From positions 608,001 through 672,000 of the forward strand of contig CAVUDP010000001.1 of assembly GCA_963740315.1 (NCBI GenBank): a DNA stretch of 64,000 bases, given 5' to 3'. This stretch comes from an uncultured cyanobacterium. GTDB taxonomy: Bacteria; Cyanobacteriota; Cyanobacteriia; Cyanobacteriales; Nostocaceae. The notes under the pieces are model-generated. The model was not told the DNA's origin and did no database searches. It saw nothing but the letters and a program-made list of their open reading frames with translations. The position numbers and the translations under genes are program-made. Shown piece after piece: positions 1-9,507 of the stretch (position 1 is the stretch's first letter; the number at the start of each line of letters is the position of its first letter).

Positions 1-40
1 ATGACTTTTTTTTCAGATTTTAATAAATATGACAAAATAC

Positions 41-70
41 TAAAAAACTCTCCTAAATCATTTAGGAGAG
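41..70 (-). terminator. Probable intrinsic terminator downstream of the PPIase gene
   Basis: Perfect 10-bp inverted repeat CTCTCCTAAA/TTTAGGAGAG followed by a T-run on the minus strand. Confidence 0.55.
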
Positions 71-169
71 CTAATAAAAAATAACATACAAATACAACAT
101 CATTGAGGTTATTGTTGAAGCTATTAAATTAAATATAATGATGAATCGAAAATAATTACAATTCAAAAT

Positions 170-925
170 TTAATTTATCAAGTTCATCTCAATTTCTAGC
201 TTTTGCATTTTTATATTCAGCCAATCCTCAAAAATTTCGTCTCTGAGGGTTTGCTGGAGTTGCTCCGAAGCTAAGGAAGCAGGAAGCTTTTTTTCTAAGC
301 GAAATAGATACCAATTATCTGCTAACTGTAATGGTCCGATTAATTCACCAACTTTTGCAGAATCAATATTAGACCGAATTTGGTCTGGTAGTTTTCCGCG
401 ACTAACAGTACCCATCATCCCATTGAATATACTGTCTTCAGCAATTGAATATTCTTGAACTAATTCTTCAAATCTAGCTTCTTCTTCGTCTACTTGACTT
501 TTAATTTCTTCGGCTAATTCTGATTCTTTTACTACTAATCGAGAAAGTACCACTTGGTCTAGAAATAATTTTTTATTGATAAAATATTCTTGCAACCTGG
601 GTTCGGTTATTTCTGAAATAAGCTTCTCTAACTTTATACTTTTTGTAACTTGTCGAGTAAATTCCTCCTGATTTACTTCTTGTTGAGCAAGCCATCGTTC
701 AAATTCTTTTTGTTCTTTCAGTTGATTTTCTCGGCGAAAGTTATTGACTGTTTCTTCAATGATATTTGAACTAACTACAGTTTTTTCAAGTTCTTGCTCT
801 AGTATGTATTGGCGGATAATTTCACTAACAACAGAGCTTAATTGTCCTGATGTTTGCAAATAGCTCATTGCTTTAGTGAAAGTAATTGGCTGCTCACCAA
901 CTTTTAGAAACGATTCAGTCTTCAT
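170..925 (-). CDS. PpiC/parvulin-type peptidylprolyl isomerase-like protein (cyanobacterial type often beside type I secretion loci)
   Basis: SurA-like helical N-part plus 'FEELVQEYSI..D...NGMMG...G.LIGP' rotamase-like motif; start moved to ATG at 925 (MKTESF). Confidence 0.75.
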   Translation of the reverse strand: MKTESFLKVGEQPITFTKAMSYLQTSGQLSSVVSEIIRQYILEQELEKTVVSSNIIEETVNNFRRENQLKEQKEFERWLAQQEVNQEEFTRQVTKSIKLEKLISEITEPRLQEYFINKKLFLDQVVLSRLVVKESELAEEIKSQVDEEEARFEELVQEYSIAEDSIFNGMMGTVSRGKLPDQIRSNIDSAKVGELIGPLQLADNWYLFRLEKKLPASLASEQLQQTLRDEIFEDWLNIKMQKLEIEMNLIN

Positions 926-1048
926 GATAATTTTTCCTGCTTGATATTTATAAATATGGTAAATTAACCTTGCGTAAAAGCAAGTATAGAAAATAATAGA
1001 TAAGAAGTAGCGAATCAAGTAGATATTTTAAATTGAAAATGAAAAAAA

Positions 1049-1225
1049 TTACATGACAATAACAAAGGTTGTTGTAACTCTATTGATTCTCGCTACATAT
1101 TTATTTTCTAGCAGAAATTCACTGTAATCAGCCAAATCATCAATTCCAATCAAATTGAGGATAATTTCAGCTATCAGCCAGATACTACTTTCGACCAATA
1201 GTTTTTTCCACCGGACTTTCTTCAT
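1049..1225 (-). CDS. Small 58-aa membrane-associated protein (not in ORF track)
   Basis: Manual translation MKKVRWKKLLVESSIWLIAEIILNLIGIDDLADYSEFLLENKYVARINRVTTTFVIVM; GGGAGAG RBS-like sequence upstream. Confidence 0.65.
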   Translation of the reverse strand: MKKVRWKKLLVESSIWLIAEIILNLIGIDDLADYSEFLLENKYVARINRVTTTFVIVM

Positions 1226-1305
1226 GATTACTCTCCCAAACGTTAATGCAACTTTTAACTTAACTACTTTATACTAGTAAGAAATCGAGAAAAACTAGGG
1301 TAAGT

Positions 1306-1500
1306 TTAACAAGTAAGTTGAAGTTGTTTTTGTAAATATCCTTCCTCATCACATTGTTTTATAAGCTTTTTGTTTTCAACTATTGGCGTAAAAGTTATTA
1401 CACTTATTGTTGGTTCTTTAAATGTGCCATTCCATAAGTTTATAGCCAGCACAAATAGAAACATTATAGATACTTTTTCAACCATTGTTTTATCTTGCAT
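1306..1500 (-). CDS. Small hypothetical protein with N-terminal hydrophobic segment
   Basis: 64-aa ATG ORF co-oriented with its neighbours; one TM-like stretch. Confidence 0.35.
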   Translation of the reverse strand: MQDKTMVEKVSIMFLFVLAINLWNGTFKEPTISVITFTPIVENKKLIKQCDEEGYLQKQLQLTC

Positions 1501-1854
1501 TATTTTATATTCTTTGTTTACTGAATTTAAATTAAGATGTAATCGAGAATAAATAGGGAAGAAAAAGAATAACAGGAAGTAAGAAAAGATAGTTCTTCAG
1601 TACTTAGTATGCACTCAGTGTAAGCAAAAATCTTTAGAAGACTTGTTATGTAAGGATTGTTGCACTCCACAAATAACAACGATAACCAGTATCGTCTTTT
1701 TTTCCCGACTCCCTTCTTTCCCGACCCTCTTGTACGATTATTTAGGGTGTGTTGTCCGGGAGCGCAACGCAGTGTCCTCGCAATTTGCCTCTTTTACAAA
1801 TACCTAATTTTATTCAAAAATCAAACCGGATTCCTATATGTTTGCCCATTACTT

Positions 1855-4800
1855 TCACCTAAGTGCTTTAATCGGCAATTCAATCGCAAATTCCGTACCT
1901 TGCCCAACCTCGGAAGAACATTGAATTTGACCGTGATGTTTTTCAACTACAATTTGATAGCAAATCAGCAATCCTAACCCGGTACCTTTACCTACATCTT
2001 TCGTAGTAAAAAATGGGTCGTAAATCTTATTTATTATTTCTTCTGTAATACCACAACCGTTATCGGCAATTTTAATTATAGCTTTACCATCGATCGCTGC
2101 GGTGCTAATTTCAATATTCAAAGCAACTTTTGCAGATTTATCTGAGGTATAAAACTTTTGTTCTAATGCATCAATGCTATTACTGAGAATATTCATAAAT
2201 ACTTGATTCAGTTGAGCGGGATAGCATTCTAATAATGGCAGTTCATCATATTTTTTGATAATTTCAATTCCCGGATATTCGCCATTTGCTTTTAATCGGT
2301 GTGCCAAGATAAGTAAAGTGCTATCCAATCCTTCATGAATGTTTGCTGCTTTCAAATCGGCTTCATCTTTACGGGAAAAGTTTCGCAACGAAAGCACAAT
2401 TTCACGAATACGCTCTGCTCCTATTTTCATTGAGTCGAGTGTTTTCGGTAAGTCGGAAATAATAAAATCAAGGTCAATCTCTTCAATTTCTGTTTGAATA
2501 TCTGCTGGTAATTTATCAATATTTTGGTGATAAAGATTAACTATTTTTAGCAAATCTTGAGTGTATTGGGTTACATAAGTAAGATTGCCAAAAATAAAGC
2601 TGGCAGGATTATTTATTTCATGGGCAACTCCAGCTATTAACTGTCCCAAACCAGCCATTTTTTCACCTTGAATCAATTGGGCTTGAGTCTGCTTCAATTC
2701 TTGTAAAGCTTGAGCAAGTTTTGTGGCTTGAGTTTTAGTTTTTTCTAATAATTCTGCTTGCTGAATTGCAATTCCTAATTGGGTGCCAACTTGTGCAAGT
2801 AAATCAACTTCTTCGTCTTTCCAATAGCGGGGTTGGGAGTTTTGATAAGCTACTAATAATCCCCACAATTTCTCACCTTGGGAAATAGGAACAAAAGTTT
2901 CGTTACGGGGTAAATTATCGTCGTCATCATCATCATCAGAAAATTCCAGTTGCACAATTGGTTTTGTATTAATTACAGGTTCCCAATCGTCTTTAAAGGA
3001 ATCTGCTACAAATTTACCCCTCCAATCGGAATTAAAGCGATAGATTGCGACTCGTTCGACTTCTAATAATTCTCTTACCGCTTGAGTAGTAGTTTTAAAA
3101 ATAGTTTTAATATCAAGAGACTGGCGGATTTTATCAATAGTTGCAGCTAGAAGCTTTTGCCGCTCCATTGCTTTTTCTCGTTCGGTGGCTTCTGCTAGCT
3201 GTACCGCTTGACTTTGAACTTGTTTTAAATACAAATCTTGCTTTAAAGCAATACTAAGTTGTTCGGCAATTTGGCTGATAAATTCAACTTCGGAAGATTG
3301 CCAGTTGCGAGTATTGCTGCATTGATGAATACATAATAAACCCCATAATTCACCTTCTTTTAATAAGGGTGCAACAACATTAGCGCGTACCTCAAACTTT
3401 TCTAAAATTTCTAGGTAGCAGTGTTTAAACTCTTCTTGATAAATATCCGCGATCGCATTGACTCTACCTTGCTGATAAAGTGGGGCAAATTTTTCGCTAA
3501 AGCAATGATCGTAAATTTTTGTAGCCATAGCAGAAGTCCAACCATCAGCGACATTTTCGTAAATAAATTCTCCTTGCCAATCATTTGCAGCGTTAAAACG
3601 AAAAACTCCGACTCGATCGACTTTAAGAAGTTGACGTACTTCGGTAACGGTAGTTTTGAAAATCGTTTCTAAATCTAATGATTCGCGAATTCGGGTAATG
3701 ACACCAGTTAATGCTTTTTGCTGTTTTGCTTGATAACGAGCTTTTGATAAAGTTTCATTATGCTGGAGAGCAACTCCTAAATTGTCGGCAATTTGACGGA
3801 TAAACTCAATTTCTTCTTGTTCCCAATTCCGAGCCTCACCGCATTGATGTACGCACAATAAACCCCATAATTTTTCACCTTTGAGTAAAGGCACAACCAA
3901 ATTAGCGCGAACTTGAAATTGACCTAAGATTTGCTGGTGACAATCGCTCAACTCTGCTGCGTAAATATCTGCAACTGCTTGTACTCTACCTTGTTGATAA
4001 TCAACCGCAAATTTGTCCCCAAAAGAATGATCGTGAACTTTGGCTGAAACAACAGAATCCCATTCCGAAGCAACACTTTCCCAAACAAATTCTCCTTCCC
4101 AATCTTGTTGAGGATCGAATTGAAAAACTGCTACTCTATCGGCTTTCAACATTTGCTGAACTTCGGTAACAGTTGTTTGAAAAATAGTGTCTAAATCCAA
4201 AGATTCCCGAATCCGGGTAATTACCCCAGTTAATGTTTTTTGTCGTGAGGCTTGACTTCGAGCTTTAGATAATAATTCGTACTGTCTTAAAGCTATGCCG
4301 ATTTGCGTCGCCATTTGGATAATTATTTCTACTTCATCTTCAAGCCAGATTCTTGATGCATTTTGATAAGCAACAATGATTCCCCAAAGCTTTTCTCCTT
4401 GCAAAATCGGAGCAGTCGCAAAACTTTTCGCTTCAATTTTTTCTAATAAGTTTATCTGAGGCTGTGTTAATTCAGCTTGATAAATATCATTAACAGTAAA
4501 CGTTTCATTAGAGGTGTATTGTCTACCTTGAGTTTGTTGCAAATAAGTATTAGTAATTATCGGTTGAACGTCAACTAAAGGAGTCCATCCTTCTGCAAAA
4601 GATTCAGCAACAAAATTGCCGCTCCAATCTGAATTAAAACGAAAAATAGCAATGCGATCGGCTTTGATTAATTCTCGTAATTCTTGAGTTGTTGTTTGAA
4701 ATATAGTTTCAATATCAAGTGTTCTACGAATTTTATTAACAATTTGAGTAATTATCTTGTCACGTTGAGCCGCTTGAGCTAATCTTAAAGCCTGTAATTC

Positions 4801-5379
4801 TAACTTTCTAAAGTATTCGGCTTGTTGAATAGCAACAGTAAAGTGTTCGCCAATTAACCGGACAAATTCAATTTCTGATTCTTTCCAATTACGAGTATTA
4901 CCGCATTGATGCACGCAAAGCAAACCCCACAAAATATTTTCTTGCAGTAGGGGAACAACAAGATTCGCACGCACCTGAAATTGAGCCAAAATTTCAGCAT
5001 GACAATCGCTCAAACCTGCGTCATAAATATCAGCAACCGCTTGTACCCTACCTTGTTGGTAACGAGCCGCAAACTGTTCCCCAAAACAATAATCGTGGAC
5101 TTTCTTGGCAATTACCGAATCCCAACCTTCAGCAACATCTTCTGAAACAAATTCCCCTTCCCAATCGTTTGTAATATCAAACTTAAATACAGCTACTCTG
5201 TCAGCTTTAAGTAACTCACGTACCTGAGTTGCGGTAGTTTGAAAAATAGTTTGTAAATCTAACGGTTGTTGAATTCTCTTAATTACACCTGCGAGTGCTT
5301 TTTGCTGTTCTAATTGTTCTTGAATTTGAGCATTTAAAATATTTGACTGTTTCTCTGATTCTATTTTTTTCGATATCAT
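1855..5379 (-). CDS. Multi-GAF cyanobacteriochrome sensor histidine kinase
   Basis: Five tandem GAF repeats with DxCF/CH motifs, HisKA 'AHEINNP', HATPase 'NQVFMNILSNSID', 'DNGCG', 'GTGLGL'; start taken at MISKK (5379). Confidence 0.92.
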   Translation of the reverse strand: MISKKIESEKQSNILNAQIQEQLEQQKALAGVIKRIQQPLDLQTIFQTTATQVRELLKADRVAVFKFDITNDWEGEFVSEDVAEGWDSVIAKKVHDYCFGEQFAARYQQGRVQAVADIYDAGLSDCHAEILAQFQVRANLVVPLLQENILWGLLCVHQCGNTRNWKESEIEFVRLIGEHFTVAIQQAEYFRKLELQALRLAQAAQRDKIITQIVNKIRRTLDIETIFQTTTQELRELIKADRIAIFRFNSDWSGNFVAESFAEGWTPLVDVQPIITNTYLQQTQGRQYTSNETFTVNDIYQAELTQPQINLLEKIEAKSFATAPILQGEKLWGIIVAYQNASRIWLEDEVEIIIQMATQIGIALRQYELLSKARSQASRQKTLTGVITRIRESLDLDTIFQTTVTEVQQMLKADRVAVFQFDPQQDWEGEFVWESVASEWDSVVSAKVHDHSFGDKFAVDYQQGRVQAVADIYAAELSDCHQQILGQFQVRANLVVPLLKGEKLWGLLCVHQCGEARNWEQEEIEFIRQIADNLGVALQHNETLSKARYQAKQQKALTGVITRIRESLDLETIFKTTVTEVRQLLKVDRVGVFRFNAANDWQGEFIYENVADGWTSAMATKIYDHCFSEKFAPLYQQGRVNAIADIYQEEFKHCYLEILEKFEVRANVVAPLLKEGELWGLLCIHQCSNTRNWQSSEVEFISQIAEQLSIALKQDLYLKQVQSQAVQLAEATEREKAMERQKLLAATIDKIRQSLDIKTIFKTTTQAVRELLEVERVAIYRFNSDWRGKFVADSFKDDWEPVINTKPIVQLEFSDDDDDDDNLPRNETFVPISQGEKLWGLLVAYQNSQPRYWKDEEVDLLAQVGTQLGIAIQQAELLEKTKTQATKLAQALQELKQTQAQLIQGEKMAGLGQLIAGVAHEINNPASFIFGNLTYVTQYTQDLLKIVNLYHQNIDKLPADIQTEIEEIDLDFIISDLPKTLDSMKIGAERIREIVLSLRNFSRKDEADLKAANIHEGLDSTLLILAHRLKANGEYPGIEIIKKYDELPLLECYPAQLNQVFMNILSNSIDALEQKFYTSDKSAKVALNIEISTAAIDGKAIIKIADNGCGITEEIINKIYDPFFTTKDVGKGTGLGLLICYQIVVEKHHGQIQCSSEVGQGTEFAIELPIKALR

Positions 5380-5777
5380 ATTTTTTACGATTAATAATTT
5401 GATATATATAGATACAGTATTGACAACCAAACTTCGTAAAGTAGAAGTTTATATATTATGTACTATATATAACATAACCCTAATATAGAGTTTAGTACAA
5501 ATAGAAGATTTTTAATTAAATTTGACAGCTATCAACATCATTTAATCGAAACTGCTTGATACTTCGTTATTTAGTTCGATGGAAATCAAAAGTATGTTAA
5601 GTTACTTTTGTTGGATTTCCATTAGATAAAATACTTAATTGTCATCAGGTTATGACAGCCGTCAGTCCATTTATCCTGCATATTGCATAGCTGTTTCAAA
5701 CTAAGTGTTTTGAGAGATACATTTGTGCAACTTGTATTCATACTTTATTGTTAACAAAGGTACTCACGCACAACAAA

Positions 5778-8132
5778 ATGAACAATTATTCTACCGAACA
5801 AATTTGGCAAATACCACCGCAACCGATCGACCAAATTTTGTCAGCAGCACCCCCACCACAAATTCGTATATCTCCCGATCGCCGGTGGATGGTAGAGTTG
5901 GAACAGTCGCAGTTAGTGCCCATCGCTTTACTTTCAGAGCCGGAAGTTGCTGTAGCAGGTTTTCGGTTGAATCCGCAAACTAATGGTCCGGCGCGTCATA
6001 ATACTTACTACAGTATGAAGATTAAGCCGGTATCTACGGAAAATGTCAAAATAATAGAACTACCGGAAAATCCCCGCGTTGGCTTTATAAAATGGTCTAC
6101 CGATAGTCAAAAGCTCGCATTTACCCTTACCCAAGCAACGGGTTTAGAACTTTGGATTTTGTACGTAGCCGATGGAACTATCCAACGTTTAACCGCACCC
6201 GTACTTAATGCTGCTTATGGAACTCCCTACCGCTGGCTTGATGATGAAACTTTAATTTGTAAGTTTGTTGCCCAGAGCGGTGAAGTTCCGACTTTACCTA
6301 ACGTTCCTCGGGGACCTTTAATTCAAGAAAATTTGGGTAGTAAAAAACCAACTCGTACCTATACAAATTTACTTAAAAATGCTCATGACGAGGCATTATT
6401 TGAATATTATTTAACTTCAACTTTAGAAAAAATTACTCTCGACGGCAACCGCACTCAACTAATTTCACCTTGTCTAATTAACGAAGCTATTGCTTCTCCC
6501 GATAGCAATTTTATTTTAATTTCTACTATACATAAACCATTTTCTTATCAAGTTCCCGCCGCTCGTTTTCCCAAACAAATATATGTAATTGATAATAACG
6601 GCAAGGAAATTTATCAAGTTGCAAATTTACCCCTTGATGAAGAACGTTCGATTAAATTTGATGCAGTACGTAAAGGTAGAAGACGCACATCGTGGCGCAG
6701 CGATGCAAAAGCGACATTAACTTGGGTAGAAGCATTAGACGAAGGCGATCCCGCTATAGAAGTTCCCTATCGCGATACTTTATTTACTTTAGAAGCACCC
6801 TTTACCGGCACACCAACCCAATTGTGGAAGTCGGAATATCGCTTTAACTCTGTAGTTTGGGGGAAAGAAGATGCAGCGCTGGTTTATGAAAAATGGTACG
6901 ATACTCGTCGTTACAGAACTTGGCGGATTTACCCAAATTATTCGGAATCACCAAAATTACTATTCGATCGCAGCTTTGAAGATAAATATAATGCTCCAGG
7001 AACACCTTTAACAAAGTTGGGAGACTACGGTTCTCAAGTCCTACGTTTTGCACCCGACGGTCAAAGTATATACCTTAGCGGACGCGGTGCATCTGCCGAT
7101 GGCGTGTATCCGTTTTTAGATAGTTTGAATTTAGAAACTCAGGAAACTCAACGACTGTGGCAGTGTCAAGATCCTTATTACGAAGACATTATCGCGGTAA
7201 TTGACGACGAAGCGCAAAACTTAATTACCGTGCGTCAGTCGCAAACCGAACCACCCAACCTGATGTTATTTTCTCGGAACGATAATTATACAAAGATACT
7301 TACAAACTACCAAGATCCCGCACCGCAATTAGCAGGAATTCATAAAGAATTAGTCCAGTATCAGCGAGCCGATGGAGTGCAGCTATCAGCTAAACTGTAT
7401 CTACCTTCCGGCTATAACCTCGAACGCGATGGTACCTTACCGACGATATTTTGGGTTTATCCTGAAGAATTCAAAGACAAAGAATTCGCCGGACAAATAA
7501 CCACACCCGAAAACACCTTCATCCGTCCCACCCGTGCTTCTGTATTATTTCTGCTCACCCAAGGATACGCAGTACTTTCCGGTGCCACCTTACCAATAAT
7601 CGGTGAAGGAGACAACGAACCCAACGATACCTATGTAGAGCAATTGATTGCCGGAGCGCAAGCCGCAGTAGATTATGTAGTACGCATAGGAATTGCCGAT
7701 CGCGATCGTATTGGTATCGGCGGGCACTCTTACGGCGCATTCACTACAGCAAATTTATTAGCCCACACCGAATTATTTTGTATGGGAATTGCCAGAAGTG
7801 GAGCTTACAACCGCACCCTCACACCATTTGGTTTTCAAGGAGAACAGCGTAACTTTTGGGAAGCGCAACAAACCTATATAGATATGTCACCCTTTACTCG
7901 TGCATCCCAAATAAAAGCACCATTATTATTAATTCACGGTGCAAACGATAGCAACGCCGGAACATACCCCTTACAAACTAAACGCTTATACGAAGCACTC
8001 CTCGGATTGGGGGCAACCGTGCGATGGGTTGAATTACCAACAGAAGCCCACGGTTATCGTTCCCGCGAAGCAGTTAGTCACGTACTTTGGGAAATGGTTA
8101 ACTGGTGCAATAAATATTTGAAAACTGTATAA
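5778..8132 (+). CDS. S9 family (prolyl oligopeptidase / glutamyl endopeptidase-like) peptidase
   Basis: Nucleophile motif GGHSYG, 'LLIHGAND', C-terminal 'EAHGY', N-terminal propeller. Confidence 0.9.
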   Translation: MNNYSTEQIWQIPPQPIDQILSAAPPPQIRISPDRRWMVELEQSQLVPIALLSEPEVAVAGFRLNPQTNGPARHNTYYSMKIKPVSTENVKIIELPENPRVGFIKWSTDSQKLAFTLTQATGLELWILYVADGTIQRLTAPVLNAAYGTPYRWLDDETLICKFVAQSGEVPTLPNVPRGPLIQENLGSKKPTRTYTNLLKNAHDEALFEYYLTSTLEKITLDGNRTQLISPCLINEAIASPDSNFILISTIHKPFSYQVPAARFPKQIYVIDNNGKEIYQVANLPLDEERSIKFDAVRKGRRRTSWRSDAKATLTWVEALDEGDPAIEVPYRDTLFTLEAPFTGTPTQLWKSEYRFNSVVWGKEDAALVYEKWYDTRRYRTWRIYPNYSESPKLLFDRSFEDKYNAPGTPLTKLGDYGSQVLRFAPDGQSIYLSGRGASADGVYPFLDSLNLETQETQRLWQCQDPYYEDIIAVIDDEAQNLITVRQSQTEPPNLMLFSRNDNYTKILTNYQDPAPQLAGIHKELVQYQRADGVQLSAKLYLPSGYNLERDGTLPTIFWVYPEEFKDKEFAGQITTPENTFIRPTRASVLFLLTQGYAVLSGATLPIIGEGDNEPNDTYVEQLIAGAQAAVDYVVRIGIADRDRIGIGGHSYGAFTTANLLAHTELFCMGIARSGAYNRTLTPFGFQGEQRNFWEAQQTYIDMSPFTRASQIKAPLLLIHGANDSNAGTYPLQTKRLYEALLGLGATVRWVELPTEAHGYRSREAVSHVLWEMVNWCNKYLKTV

Positions 8133-8243
8133 ATTTAAAAGATGAGCGGTTTGAGATTTCGGATTTGGGAAAATCAAAAATCTCAAATCCTTACAAGATT
8201 TAGGATTCCCCGTTGCCCATTTTTTCGAGAGTTGGCACTCATT

Positions 8244-8501
8244 TTAGGTTCCGTTAGCAGTTTCCACAGCTAAGCTAGGCTCTGGCTCTTTATATTTCTC
8301 GCTCAATTCAAGTAGAGCTTCCGGTTTAAATCTAATTGTTCCAGAGCTTGAATGCCGATAACGTTCGCCAACGAATACTGATAGTGTGATGTTAGTTTGA
8401 TCGGGATTAGTCACATACTTCACCGTACAAACCTGCATTTTATTATTGAAGTAGGCAATAATGCGATCGCCAGGTCGAATATCTAATGCTTGTATTTTCA
8501 T
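8244..8501 (-). CDS. Hypothetical protein (small beta-rich, SH3-like)
   Basis: 85-aa ATG ORF co-oriented downstream of nblA; 'IRPGDRI' start. Confidence 0.6.
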   Translation of the reverse strand: MKIQALDIRPGDRIIAYFNNKMQVCTVKYVTNPDQTNITLSVFVGERYRHSSSGTIRFKPEALLELSEKYKEPEPSLAVETANGT

Positions 8502-8542
8502 ACATACTATGGTAACACTTTAACGGATAGAAACAGAAATTA

Positions 8543-8758
8543 TTATTCCTCGTCTAATTCAACTTCATGGTCTAGAAGCTCTTCAAGTTCATTTGCAGCC
8601 TTATTATCGTGGCATTTATCATCGGGTTCATGGGATTTGAATCGACCACTGCTTACTATCCATTTAAAAACAGATTCACTGTCTCTGGGAGCAATAATCA
8701 ATGCTGGTTCCCCTATTGGTGCTTGATGAAGTGCGGGGTTTTTGTATTTCTTATTCAT
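8543..8758 (-). CDS. Hypothetical protein with acidic C-terminus
   Basis: 71-aa ATG ORF between nblA and the 85-aa ORF. Confidence 0.55.
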   Translation of the reverse strand: MNKKYKNPALHQAPIGEPALIIAPRDSESVFKWIVSSGRFKSHEPDDKCHDNKAANELEELLDHEVELDEE

Positions 8759-8977
8759 TTTTTTTACTTAAATGTACGATCGTCGTCCAGAAATCTAGAA
8801 AAAATCTGTTCGCGAAGTGATATTTGTAATTAAACTGAAAACTCTTTATTTTACTTAGATACCGCCGTCTTGTTTTATTTTGATACTTAGCCTTGAACCA
8901 AGCAGTTGTTTTGATAACCAGCTTGCGCGACTAGGATCGCAGTCTGTTCATCAGTCTGTAGGTAGCTAAGGACTTTA

Positions 8978-9172
8978 TTAAAAAGCTGTGCCTGAATCTA
9001 GATTCCATTCATGCATCAAAAGATTTCGGTACGTTGTTTCCTGAATCATCATTTGCTGATGCAACGCGATTAAGAGCTTTTGAGCTTGTTCGCGAGACAT
9101 ATGCTGTACTTGCGAGGCAAAGCTTTTGAGTCTCCATTCTTGTTCTAAAGATAATTCGATTGGTTCATTCAT
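8978..9172 (-). CDS. nblA: Phycobilisome degradation protein NblA
   Basis: MNEPIELSLEQEW..SF..QVQHMSREQAQ..L..L.QQMMIQE..YR.LL.HEW matches the NblA signature. Confidence 0.9.
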   Translation of the reverse strand: MNEPIELSLEQEWRLKSFASQVQHMSREQAQKLLIALHQQMMIQETTYRNLLMHEWNLDSGTAF

Positions 9173-9507
9173 CAATTTCTCCTGTACCAATAATCGGACT
9201 AAAGAAAACTAAAGTATCAATATCAGTACTTCACTACATTAATTTTGCTGGATAAAAGATTCCTACGGCAGTCTTCTGTGCCTGTCCGAAACAACAAGCT
9301 TCTAACTCGCTATTTACAACCAGCGAGCGAGATCGCGCTTCGCACTACCTTAACTCCTCAGAACTAATGGAAAGATTAGATATCTTTTTTAATTCATACT
9401 AAAAGTATAACATTTTTTTATAAACATTGCCAATTATCAAAATATTTGGTATTATTAAATATTTTATTAAAAAAACAGCGTTTATTATCCTATTCGCTCT
9501 CTTCGAG

